A stretch of 63,762 bases of DNA, filler included, from Licmophora abbreviata (lineage: Eukaryota): the NCBI GenBank assembly GCA_900291995.1. It is 17 parts of 17 records of this genome, joined end to end, with 100 filler letters (N's around TTAATTAATTAA, not from the genome) between each part and the next. Parts side by side here need not be neighbours in the genome. Positions count along the whole stretch, not along the records: positions 51,422 to 53,267 come from OLMU01003857.1; positions 53,368 to 60,430 come from OLMU01003858.1; positions 60,531 to 63,762 come from OLMU01003859.1; 14 more parts are not named here. One strand, 5' to 3'. Of this stretch, positions 53,002 to 63,762 are shown piece after piece (position 1 is the first letter of the stretch; the number at the start of each line of letters is the position of its first letter). Under the pieces are notes generated by a model. The model saw only the letters and a program-made list of their open reading frames with translations. It searched no databases and was not told the origin of the DNA. Both the position numbers and the translations under genes were made by a program.

Positions 53002-53671
53002 GAGGGGCCTTTCACGGCACGTGTCATGTGCCTCTTGCGGCCATATCCCGGCACGCGGCTGACTGCAAACCCCGCATCCTGCAGACCCCGACGCACAAAG
53101 CCAGCAGCAGTATAGCTCGCGGCCGTGCCATCCGGTGCCGTATGTTCGAACACCTCCCGCATCAGGTGCGGCTCCCACAATTCGGGGTTCTTCGCGGGCG
53201 AAAACCCGTCCAGATACCATGCGTCCGCGTGGCCGTCCCATGTGCGCAGCGTCTCGCGCGCATCGCCNNNNNNNNNNNNNNNNNNNNNNNNNNNNNNNNN
53301 NNNNNNNNNNNTTAATTAATTAANNNNNNNNNNNNNNNNNNNNNNNNNNNNNNNNNNNNNNNNNNNNCCTGCGCGCGGATCATGTCCTCCGCCGCCATCG
53401 GAAACGCCTCGAAACTGGTGAAGCGCAGCACGCCCCCGATGCCCGCCTCGCGCCATTCCGCCAGCGTGGTCAGCAGGTTCAGCCCTGTGCCAAAGCCAAG
53501 CTCCGCCACATGAAACCCGTCTCGAAACCGCTCCGGCAGGTCATTGCCCGCCAGAAACACATGCCGGGTTTCCTCCAGCCCGTTCTCCAGACTGTAATAG
53601 GGATCGTCGAACCGCCTCGAGACCGGGACACCGCCCTCGCGCCATTCCAGTTCCGCCTTGCGCTCGTCCAT
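52998..53671 (-). CDS. mnmD: tRNA mnm5s2U methyltransferase, MnmC N-terminal-like (spans gap)
   Basis: PVSRRFDDPYYS, HVFLAGN, ELGFGTGLN, WYLDGFSPAKNPELW, YTAAG, PGYGRKRHM. Confidence 0.9.
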
Positions 53672-53783
53672 GATCCCGTTCCGCTTTCGGGCTGCGTTTT
53701 TGCGCCCGCCCGCGTCTCCAGCCGGTGGGCAGCGCCGCCCCCCTGTGCCATAACCGCCACGACAATGGCTGTGGCGCAAGGGA

Positions 53784-54821
53784 ATGGCAATGGCGGACGT
53801 GACGGTGATGGGCGCGGGCATCTTCGGCCTCTCGGTGGCATGGGCCTGCCTTGGCCGGGGTGCCTCGGTGCAGGTGATCGACCCGCATGGTCCGGGTGCG
53901 GGTGCTTCGGGTGGCGTCGTGGGCGCACTTGCGCCGCATGTGCCGGAAAACTGGAACGACAAGAAGGCGTTCCAATTCAACAGCCTGATGATGACCGAAA
54001 GCTTCTGGGCGGGCGTGCAGGACGCCTCGGGCCTCTCGCCCGGCTATGCGCGGCTTGGCCGGTTGCAGCCGGTGCCAGACGATCACGCCCTGCATCTGGC
54101 CCGCGCCCGTGCGACCGGGGCGCGCACCCTCTGGCAGGGGCAGGCCGACTGGGAGGTGATCCGCGCCGACACGCTCGACTGGGCGCCGCTCACCCCGACC
54201 GGCTGGCTCATTCGCGACACGCTCACCGCGCGTCTGCATCCGCGCCGCGCCTGTGCAGCACTTGCCGCCGCGCTCACCGCTCGCGGCGGCAAGGTGCTGG
54301 CCGAGGGCGCTCTCTCCGGCGCGGTCGTCTGGGCCACCGGGGTCGCTGATCTCGACGCGCTGACGGCCCATCGCGGGCGCATGGTCGGCAACGGGGTCAA
54401 GGGGCAGGGCGCCGTGCTGGCCCATGCCGCGCCGGACCAGCCGCAGCTTTTCGCCGACACGGTGCATATCGTCCCGCATGAGGACGGCACCACCGCCATC
54501 GGCTCCACCTCCGAGCGTGACTACGACGATCCCACCAGTACCAACGAGCAGCTTGATGCCGTGATCGCCCGCGCCCGCGCTGCCGTTCCGGCCCTGCGCG
54601 ATGCGCCGGTGATCGAACGATGGGCCGGGGTGCGTCCGCGCACCCGGTCGCGCGCGCCGATGCTCGGGGCGCACCCGCTGCATCAGGGTCAGTTCATCGC
54701 CAATGGCGGGTTCAAGATCGGCTTCGGCATGGCGCCCAAAGTGGCGCAGGTGATGGCCGATCTGGTGCTCGACGGGGTCGACGGGATACCCCCCGATTTC
54801 CGCCCCGAGGCCTCGCTTTAG
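53784..54821 (+). CDS. FAD-dependent oxidoreductase (DAO family, MnmC C-terminal-like)
   Basis: GAGIFG, GASGG, VKGQ, WAGVRP. Confidence 0.85.
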   Translation: MAMADVTVMGAGIFGLSVAWACLGRGASVQVIDPHGPGAGASGGVVGALAPHVPENWNDKKAFQFNSLMMTESFWAGVQDASGLSPGYARLGRLQPVPDDHALHLARARATGARTLWQGQADWEVIRADTLDWAPLTPTGWLIRDTLTARLHPRRACAALAAALTARGGKVLAEGALSGAVVWATGVADLDALTAHRGRMVGNGVKGQGAVLAHAAPDQPQLFADTVHIVPHEDGTTAIGSTSERDYDDPTSTNEQLDAVIARARAAVPALRDAPVIERWAGVRPRTRSRAPMLGAHPLHQGQFIANGGFKIGFGMAPKVAQVMADLVLDGVDGIPPDFRPEASL

Positions 54822-54911
54822 GGGCATTTGTGTACGGGATGGACACAAATTCGGGAGATCGAGCCGGGTTTCGTCCCAAACGCGCGTAGGTTTCGTACGG
54901 CTCGTACCAAT

Positions 54912-55706
54912 TCAGCGGGCCGTCGCTTGCATGCATTGCCGCCCGTCCGGGCCGCGCACCCATGCGCTGCCATCGGCCTTCCAGCACAGTTCGGCGGTCT
55001 CGAAATGCATCAGCGGGGCCGTGGCCCGGAACGTGAATGAGGACAGGCCCCCAAGCTCGCGTTCGGCCAGCAGCATCAGCAATTGAGCCAGCAGCGGACC
55101 ATGCACCACCAGCCCCGCATATCCTTCTATTTCTTTCGTGTAATCAATGTCATAGTGGATGCGGTGCCCGTTGAACGTCAGCGCGGAATAGCGAAAAAGC
55201 AGGGTGCTGTCGAAGCTGCGGGTCTCGCAGATTTCCTCGTCTTTCTCAGCGTCCGGCGGGGTCGGTTTGGCGGCGTTCGGGTCCGGGTCCTCGCGATAGA
55301 CAAGGTCTTGCCGGTCGGTGAGGCACAGGATGTCGTCCTGCCAGATCTCATGGCGTAGCGTGACAAACCCAAGCGGCCCGCTGCGCCCCTGCTTGTGTTT
55401 GGAATTTTCCATATATGTCAATCTCTTGGCGGAAATTCCCGCGCGCAGGGCCGCGTGAAATTGCATCTCGCCCCCGGCCCACATCCTGCGCGGCAACCCC
55501 ATGTCCGGGATCAGCCCGCCCACCTTCGGATGCCCATCTCTTCCAAGGTTTTCAGGGGGTTGCGGGTCCCAGAAATATAGCTGATGGAAAAAAGGCGGCA
55601 GGGCATCGCCGGTCTGGATCGTCCCATCAAGCCCAAGCGCCACCTGCATCGCCCTCGCGCGGGCAGGATCCATCACGTCGGCGATCATATGTATCGGCTG
55701 GCTCAT
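54912..55706 (-). CDS. Double-hotdog acyl-CoA hydratase (MaoC/FAS1-like)
   Basis: RRMWAGG, LFRYSALTFNGHRIHYD, VVHGPL. Confidence 0.88.
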   Translation of the reverse strand: MSQPIHMIADVMDPARARAMQVALGLDGTIQTGDALPPFFHQLYFWDPQPPENLGRDGHPKVGGLIPDMGLPRRMWAGGEMQFHAALRAGISAKRLTYMENSKHKQGRSGPLGFVTLRHEIWQDDILCLTDRQDLVYREDPDPNAAKPTPPDAEKDEEICETRSFDSTLLFRYSALTFNGHRIHYDIDYTKEIEGYAGLVVHGPLLAQLLMLLAERELGGLSSFTFRATAPLMHFETAELCWKADGSAWVRGPDGRQCMQATAR

Positions 55707-55915
55707 GGCGACAAGTTAACCCACTGACATAAAAGGAACAATCCTGAACTGCGGTGGGCGTCCAAGGCCCTCTTGCATCCGACATCAGCCCTCACGGATA
55801 TCGGTTGGACCATCACTTTCTACCCCTATCTTCCGGTAAGAGCAGATTGGAAGTCAGCCGACCATCATCCTCCCCAAAAGAAGTCACAACCCTTTGTTTT
55901 AATTGTAAATTCCGC

Positions 55916-56455
55916 TCAAGTCACCGCGGCGCGCAGCGCCTCCATGCGCGTAGCCAACACCTTGAGGTAATGCTCATTCGTCAGCGCCCCGCTGTCGTCG
56001 AATTCCTTTCCAGCCGCCGCCACGCACAGCATTTGTCCGGGCAAAACAAGAGCTTGCAGAGGGGTAAGGCAGCTCAGCACCATGAATTGCCCGGTCTCCC
56101 CCCCGGTCCGCCCGGCATTGGCCGACATCACCACGGTCGGCTTGTCCTTGAACGGCATCCCCTCGACCCGGCTGATCCAGTCGAACGCGTTTTTCAGAAC
56201 GCCGGTGATACCCTTGTTGTATTCGGGCGACGAGATCACCACGGCATCCGCCTCCCGCACCTGCTGCGCAAGGGTCTTGACCGCCTGCGGCACGCCTTCG
56301 GCCTGCTCGAGGTCACCGTCGTAAAGCGGCAGCTTGAGATCGGCCTCCAGCGTTTCGGCAGCGCCGAATGCCGCCTGGGCTTCCTTGAGCAGCATTCGGT
56401 TGAAAGATCCTTTGCGCAATGAGCCGCATATCGTCAGAAGCGTCGGGCTGGACAT
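55916..56455 (-). CDS. NADPH-dependent FMN reductase
   Basis: GSLRKGSFN, SPEYN, LKNAFDWISR. Confidence 0.93.
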   Translation of the reverse strand: MSSPTLLTICGSLRKGSFNRMLLKEAQAAFGAAETLEADLKLPLYDGDLEQAEGVPQAVKTLAQQVREADAVVISSPEYNKGITGVLKNAFDWISRVEGMPFKDKPTVVMSANAGRTGGETGQFMVLSCLTPLQALVLPGQMLCVAAAGKEFDDSGALTNEHYLKVLATRMEALRAAVT

Positions 56456-56564
56456 CTATTTCCCCCTTTTGCAGGTTACGTTATTGGCCTTCAACTTGGC
56501 ACGATCCCGCAGCAAGGCAACAGCACTGAACGCACATGCGATGTGCGGTACGGGTGAACAGAAA

Positions 56565-56591
56565 GCCCCGGGCGCGGGATGCGTCCGGGGC
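56565..56591 (-). terminator. Intrinsic terminator after the LysR gene
   Basis: Minus strand GCCCCGGACGC..GCGCCCGGGGC followed by TTTCTGTT. Confidence 0.6.
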
Positions 56592-56622
56592 AAGTTGGCC
56601 ATGTCTTGGCGGGAGGAATGTC

Positions 56623-57528
56623 TTACCAGTCGCTCGGGCCTTTGTCTGCAAAGGCATGAACAAGGAAGTCGATGAAGGCGCGCACCTTCGGCTGGGTGAA
56701 CCGACCGGGCGGATAGACGGCATAGATGCCCTGCGTCTCGACCGGCAGATCGGGAATGACATCCTCGACCAGCCCATCCTGCATCGCCTTGGCATAAAGA
56801 AAGCTGGGAAGGTACGCGATCCCGAGCCCGGAAATGGCGGCATTGAGAAGTGACTGCCCGTCATTCACCGACAGTCCGCCCGCGGTGCGGACCTGACGTT
56901 TCTCGCCGGACGGTGCCGTCAGCTTCCAAACCGAGCCGTTGGCCTGACTGGTATAATGCAGGAGCCGGTGTTCGTTTAGATCGTCGATCCTGGCTGGGCG
57001 CCCGTATTTCTGAAGATAGGCGGGGCTGGCGATCATGCGCTTGGTGGTTTCGGTCAGCTTGCGGGCACGCAGGCTGCTGTCTTCCAGCTCGCCGATCCGC
57101 ACGGCCATGTCGAACCCTTCTGAGATCAGCTCGACATAGCGGTTGTTCAGCACCATGTTGACTGAGATATCCGGGAATTCCTCAAGGAAACCGCCCAGAA
57201 CCGGGCTCAGATGATTGACGCCGAAATCGGTTGCGACCGATATGCGCAGCAGGCCCGAAGGCGCCGATTGCATGGAACTGACCAGAGCATCTGCCTCGCC
57301 AGCATCGTTCAGAACACGCAAGGCGCGGTCGTAATAGGCCAGACCGATTTCTGTCGGGCTGACGCGGCGTGTCGTTCTGTTCAAAAGGCGGGCGCCAAGC
57401 CGGGCCTCAAGCGATGAGACGTGTTTGGACACGGCTGATTTCGAAATGCCCATCTTGCGCGCAGCGTCCGTGAAGCCACCTTGGTCCACGACCGTTGCGA
57501 AGGCCTCCATTTCAGTAAGACGATCCAT
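56623..57528 (-). CDS. LysR family regulator (CrgA-like)
   Basis: GGFTDAARKMGISKSAVSK, LLNRTTRRVS, EGFDMAVRIG. Confidence 0.95.
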   Translation of the reverse strand: MDRLTEMEAFATVVDQGGFTDAARKMGISKSAVSKHVSSLEARLGARLLNRTTRRVSPTEIGLAYYDRALRVLNDAGEADALVSSMQSAPSGLLRISVATDFGVNHLSPVLGGFLEEFPDISVNMVLNNRYVELISEGFDMAVRIGELEDSSLRARKLTETTKRMIASPAYLQKYGRPARIDDLNEHRLLHYTSQANGSVWKLTAPSGEKRQVRTAGGLSVNDGQSLLNAAISGLGIAYLPSFLYAKAMQDGLVEDVIPDLPVETQGIYAVYPPGRFTQPKVRAFIDFLVHAFADKGPSDW

Positions 57529-57697
57529 GCTCGTTACCTCTAATTCTTTGACAGATACCGGTATCCCCGGAAAATCGGGCACAACTGGGGCATCGGGCAG
57601 ACAATATCTAGGTTTTGTTCTGGATCGTTCGTGGCACGGAAACAAGCACACGAAGGTTTCTCATCATGCGACAGAGATAGCGTTTGCTATCGGAAGG

Positions 57698-59737
<2,040 letters not shown>

Positions 59738-59813
59738 TCATTCGGGGGCAGGATGAACTGCGCGCTGCGTCTTGTCATCCGGAACGCTGCGTTAAGCGGT
59801 CAGCCCGACTGTG

Positions 59814-60767
59814 TCAGGCCGCATCGCTGGCGGCCCAGTCCCAATACATCTCGAGAACGCGGCGTGTCACCGGGCCGACCTGATAGCTTGTGTCGTCGAA
59901 GGCGGTGACGGGGGTGACCTTCATCATGTTGCCCGACAAGAACACCTCGTCCGCGTCATGGAAATCCTGAAAGCTCATTACCGTCTCGTGCACGCGCACG
60001 CCATCGCGGCGCAGATTGGCGATATGCCGCGCGCGGGTGATGCCGGCCAGAAAGGTGCCGTTGGCCACCGGCGTAAACACCTCGCCGTCCTTGACCGCAA
60101 AGACATTCGCTGTGGCGGTTTCGGCCACGTTGCCAAGTGCATCGGCGACGAGCGCGTTGTCGAAGCCCTTGGCGCGGGCTTCGGCGATCATCCGGGCGTT
60201 GTTGGGATAAAGACAGCCGGCCTTGGCGTTGACAACGGCATCCTCCAGCACAGGCCGGCGGAAGCGTGTCCGCGTCAGCCGCGCCGAGGCGCCGCGCGGG
60301 GCCATCGGCACCTCTTCGAGGCAGATGGCAAAGCCTGTCTCGCCGCCATCCTTGGGCATGACCCCTAGCGGCCCTCCCTCGATCGCCCAATACATTGGAC
60401 GGATATAGACGGCCGCATCGCGCGCATAGGNNNNNNNNNNNNNNNNNNNNNNNNNNNNNNNNNNNNNNNNNNNNTTAATTAATTAANNNNNNNNNNNNNN
60501 NNNNNNNNNNNNNNNNNNNNNNNNNNNNNNGACGATATCGACCATCTCTGCCGCGTCCATGGTGGGGGAGATCATCAGCGCCTCGGCCGAGGCGTTCACG
60601 CGTGCGCAATGGCGGTCGAGATCGGGCGTCAGCCCATGGGCGAAACGCGCCCCGTCGAACACCGTGGTTCCCAACCAAGAGCCGTGATCCGCCGCCCGCA
60701 TGATCGGCAGATCCCCGTCATGCCAGGCGCCTTGAAAATAGGTTCGAATATTGGTGCCGACCGCCAT
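59814..60767 (-). CDS. Class IV aminotransferase, branched-chain-like (spans gap)
   Basis: VFDGAR, AKAGCLY, ETATANVF, LAGITR. Confidence 0.9.
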
Positions 60768-60850
60768 ATGTCCCTCCAGATATACACGTGCAAGTTAGGC
60801 GGATTGAGCGATAGGGTCCAGAGGGGGCGGGGTGGCCCAGGTGGTGAGGG

Positions 60851-60900
60851 CGAGGGGCCAGCCCCTCGCGCTCCCCGGGATATTTGAGGCCAGAAGAAAC
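60851..60900 (-). repeat. Small intergenic repeat, second full copy
   Basis: Minus strand GTTTCTTCTGGCCTCAAATATCCCGGGGAGCGCGAGGGGCTGGCCCCTCG. Confidence 0.85.
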
Positions 60901-60902
60901 GA

Positions 60903-61388
60903 TCAGGGCGCCTCGGCCAGAAGGGCCGCAAGATCCAGCGGTGCATTCGTCATGGCGAGGGCGCCTGAGGCATCGCGAGGCCAGTCTTCGGGCGCGCGGT
61001 CGCGATAGAGTTCCACCCCGTTGCCGTCCGGATCGCTGATATAAATCGCCTCGCTGACGCCGTGATCGGCGGCCCCCTCGATCTTGATGTCGGCGGCCAT
61101 CACCCGGCGCAAGGCATCGGCGAGCTGTGCGCGATCAGGATAGAGAAAGGCCGTATGATAAAGGCCGGTATGGCCGCGCGGTGCTGCCGTGCCGCCGAGA
61201 CTGTCCCAGGTGTTCAGCCCGATATGGTGGTGATAGCCGCCCGCGCCGAGAAAGGCGGCGCTGTCACCCCACCTCTGCTGAAGGGTGAAACCGAGCACGC
61301 CGGAATAGAACGCGATCGCCCGGTCGAGATCGCCGACCTTGAGATGCACGTGCCCGATCCGGGCCTGCGGATGGATGGGTTGGGTCAT
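60903..61388 (-). CDS. VOC family protein (CatE-like)
   Basis: IGHVHLKV, YHHHIGLNTW, DHGVSEAIYISDPDGNGVELY. Confidence 0.9.
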   Translation of the reverse strand: MTQPIHPQARIGHVHLKVGDLDRAIAFYSGVLGFTLQQRWGDSAAFLGAGGYHHHIGLNTWDSLGGTAAPRGHTGLYHTAFLYPDRAQLADALRRVMAADIKIEGAADHGVSEAIYISDPDGNGVELYRDRAPEDWPRDASGALAMTNAPLDLAALLAEAP

Positions 61389-61489
61389 GGCGACTCCTTT
61401 CGCTCAGGGTGGGGCAAAGCTAGGGGCGCCAGGGGCCTTTCGGCAATTGGGCAGAAACGGGCAGGTTATGTGCGGTGATGCGCGAGAGG

Positions 61490-62071
61490 TCAGTAAGGAT
61501 TGCGCGGCGCGCGGTCGGCGGACAGCGATTGCTGCCTGCGCTGCACCAGACGTTCGAGCGCGTCGGCGAGGTGGATTTCCGCGATGTTGTAATCGCCGCG
61601 TTCCACGCGGATGCGGTGTGCCTCGATCATCACATCGGCGTGTGAGCAGCCGAAGGGCGGCTCGAACCGATAGCAGGCCAGTTCGATCAGAAGCCCGAGC
61701 GGATCCTTGAAATAGATCGAGTCCATGAACCCGCGATCCTTGGGCCCGGAATGGCCGATACCACGCTCGTTCAGGCGTTCGACCACCTGGGAGAATGTCG
61801 CGTGGCTCACGTTGAAGGCGACATGATGCACGCAGCCCGGGTCCATCGGCGTGCGGTTGTGAACGGGTTTGCGGGTCTCGTTGGTGAAAATGGTGATCAG
61901 CCGCCCGTCACCGGGATCGAAATAGAGATGGCCCTCGTCAGGGTCATCGAGATTGGGTTGATCGAAGATGAAGGGCATTCCCAGAACACCCTCCCAGAAA
62001 TCGATCGAGGTCTGCCTGTCGGCGCCGGTCAGCGTGATATGGTGCACGCCTTGTGTCTGCAGCTTGCGCAT
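61490..62071 (-). CDS. VOC/glyoxalase family protein
   Basis: GVHHIT, HHVAF, SIYFKDPLGLLIEL. Confidence 0.88.
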   Translation of the reverse strand: MRKLQTQGVHHITLTGADRQTSIDFWEGVLGMPFIFDQPNLDDPDEGHLYFDPGDGRLITIFTNETRKPVHNRTPMDPGCVHHVAFNVSHATFSQVVERLNERGIGHSGPKDRGFMDSIYFKDPLGLLIELACYRFEPPFGCSHADVMIEAHRIRVERGDYNIAEIHLADALERLVQRRQQSLSADRAPRNPY

Positions 62072-62122
62072 CGGTGTCTCCTTTCTTCGGGCGCCGTGAG
62101 GTCTGCGCAGAAGAGGCGATCT

Positions 62123-63148
62123 TCAGGGCATCGCGCCGACCATTCCCATGATCTGATAGGTTTGCTGGAGGATCGGGTGGGCAATCGCACGGGCGCGCGC
62201 GGCGCCATCGGTCAGAATGCGGTCGATTTCCGACACATCCTTCATAAGTCGGGCCATGTCATCCGAGATCGGCGCGATCCTGTCGACCGCAAGATCGGCG
62301 AGCATCGGCTTGAACTCGGAAAACGGTTTGCCGCCCACCTCACGCATCACATCCCCGACGCTTTGATCCGACAGGGCGGCGTAGATATTCACGAGGTTGC
62401 GGGCCTCGGGCCGATCTTCCAGCCCCTCGGCATCGGAGGGCAACGGCTCGGGATCGGTCTTGGCCTTGCGTATCTTCCTGGCGATCGTGTCGGCATCGTC
62501 GGTCAGGTTGATGCGGCTCATGTCCGAAGGGTCGGATTTCGACATTTTCTTGGTGCCGTCGCGCAGGCTCATGACGCGGGTGGCTGCCCCTTCGATCACC
62601 GGCTGGGTTTCGGGAAAGAATGCCACACCGTAGTCGTGATTGAACTTGCGGGCGATTTCCTGGGTCAGCTCCAGATGCTGTTTCTGATCCTCGCCCACCG
62701 GGACATGGGTTGCGTGATAGACAAGGATATCGGCGGCCATCAGCGCAGGGTAACCGAAAAGACCAAGGCTGGCCTGCTCGGCGTTCTTGCCGGCCTTGTC
62801 CTTGAATTGCGTCATGCGCTTCATCCAGCCCATGCGTGCGACGCAGTTGAAGACCCATGCCATCTGGGTGTGCTCGGGCACCTGGGACTGGTTGAACAGG
62901 ATGGATTTCTGCGGATCCAGCCCCGAGGCGATGAAGCCGGCGGCCAGTTCCCTTGTGGCATGGCGTAGTTTCTCAGGGTCCTGCCATACGGTGATGGCGT
63001 GCAGATCGACCATGCAGAAGATCGACTCGATCCCCTCGTTCTGGCTATTGGCGAACCGCTTGAGCGCGCCGAGGTAATTGCCAAGCGTGAGGTTGCCCGA
63101 AGGCTGGATGCCCGAAAAGACACGCGGGGTGAAGGCCGCCTCGGCCAT
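62123..63148 (-). CDS. trpS: Tryptophan--tRNA ligase
   Basis: SGIQPSG, TLGN (HIGH variant), [15 protein letters not shown]. Confidence 0.97.
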   Translation of the reverse strand: MAEAAFTPRVFSGIQPSGNLTLGNYLGALKRFANSQNEGIESIFCMVDLHAITVWQDPEKLRHATRELAAGFIASGLDPQKSILFNQSQVPEHTQMAWVFNCVARMGWMKRMTQFKDKAGKNAEQASLGLFGYPALMAADILVYHATHVPVGEDQKQHLELTQEIARKFNHDYGVAFFPETQPVIEGAATRVMSLRDGTKKMSKSDPSDMSRINLTDDADTIARKIRKAKTDPEPLPSDAEGLEDRPEARNLVNIYAALSDQSVGDVMREVGGKPFSEFKPMLADLAVDRIAPISDDMARLMKDVSEIDRILTDGAARARAIAHPILQQTYQIMGMVGAMP

Positions 63149-63222
63149 GGCTGATCTCCGTTGTGGATTTCTGTGCCTGCCTCGCTTACCCATGGGCCAA
63201 AGCCCCGTCAAGGATACCCGGC

Positions 63223-63762
63223 ATGAGCAGCGCCCCGCATGACCACCCCGTAAATCCCTTGCCGCCCGTCATCGTTGCGCTTTTCCTGGTGATTGTCGGG
63301 CTTGAGGCGATGTTCTCACTGGGTGCGCGGGGGATTCTGGGAGGGCCGGAGGCTGTTGGCTGGCGGCAGGCGGCGATTCAGGATTACGGGTTCAATGCCG
63401 AGGTCTTTGCCTGGATGCGGCAGCAAGGCCTGTGGCCGATGGAGCATCTCAAGCGGTTCGGGACGTATATTTTCATCCACGGCTCGTTCACCCATGCGCT
63501 GATTGGAGGTGTGATGCTGCTGGCGCTTGGCAAATTCGTGGCCGAGGTGTTCGCGCAATGGGCGACGCTGGTGTTGTTCGTCGCGTCCGCCGTGGTGGGG
63601 GCGCTTGTGTTCGGCTTGGTCGGACCCGAGCGGCCCTGGCTCATGGGGACGTTTCCGGGGGTTTATGGGCTGATCGGCGGGTTCACTTACCTGATGTGGC
63701 TGAAGCTGGGGCAGATGGGGGCCAAGCAATACCGGGCCTTTACCCTGATCGGGCTGCTGATG
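63223..63762 (+). CDS. Rhomboid-like membrane protein (runs off the window; absent from the ORF track)
   Basis: Open frame [16 protein letters not shown]...[12 protein letters not shown]...[13 protein letters not shown]. Confidence 0.8.
   Translation, partial: MSSAPHDHPVNPLPPVIVALFLVIVGLEAMFSLGARGILGGPEAVGWRQAAIQDYGFNAEVFAWMRQQGLWPMEHLKRFGTYIFIHGSFTHALIGGVMLLALGKFVAEVFAQWATLVLFVASAVVGALVFGLVGPERPWLMGTFPGVYGLIGGFTYLMWLKLGQMGAKQYRAFTLIGLLM

Noticed and set aside
55707..55915. Lower-GC spacer upstream of the hydratase gene
   Set aside because: Short, with no supportable ORF, repeat or RNA structure
57617..57630. GTTC-tggatc-GTTC upstream of the LysR gene
   Set aside because: The spacer is 6 nt, not the 7 nt of an alphaproteobacterial LexA box

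Overview
Draft-assembly window from a high-GC Rhodobacteraceae (Roseobacter-group-like) chromosome, inferred from gene content and protein sequences. Sixteen 100-nt artificial linkers (N44-TTAATTAATTAA-N44) interrupt it and split many genes. Most of the window is core or metabolic: dapD, dapE, dapA, asd, rnr, the choXWV/betICBA choline cluster, a PccR-type regulator, dnaE2 and imuB, rlmH/rsfS, gpmI-envC-ctpA-rppH, frmA, yghU, split MnmC-like genes, fadH and trpS. No rRNA, tRNA, CRISPR array, transposase or integrase was seen. Best leads: (1) a DUF2946-like RAPP arrest-peptide leader whose last codons can pair with the SD of a downstream Met/His-rich secreted protein (candidate metal-responsive translational switch); (2) an AT-rich islet after dapD with a coiled-coil/winged-helix protein, an uncalled 49-aa basic ORF bracketed by hairpins, and an NrdR-like box; (3) a dispersed SOS mutagenesis cassette with separate LexA boxes, no imuA in the window and a C-terminally shortened DnaE2; (4) an orphan Tat-exported family-5 binding protein inside the BetI-controlled choline transport arm; (5) tandem Hint-domain proteins, one lacking the catalytic Cys; (6) an RHH plus relaxase-fragment-like protein; (7) a small intergenic repeat in three copies. 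All family calls are by eye; no searches were run.
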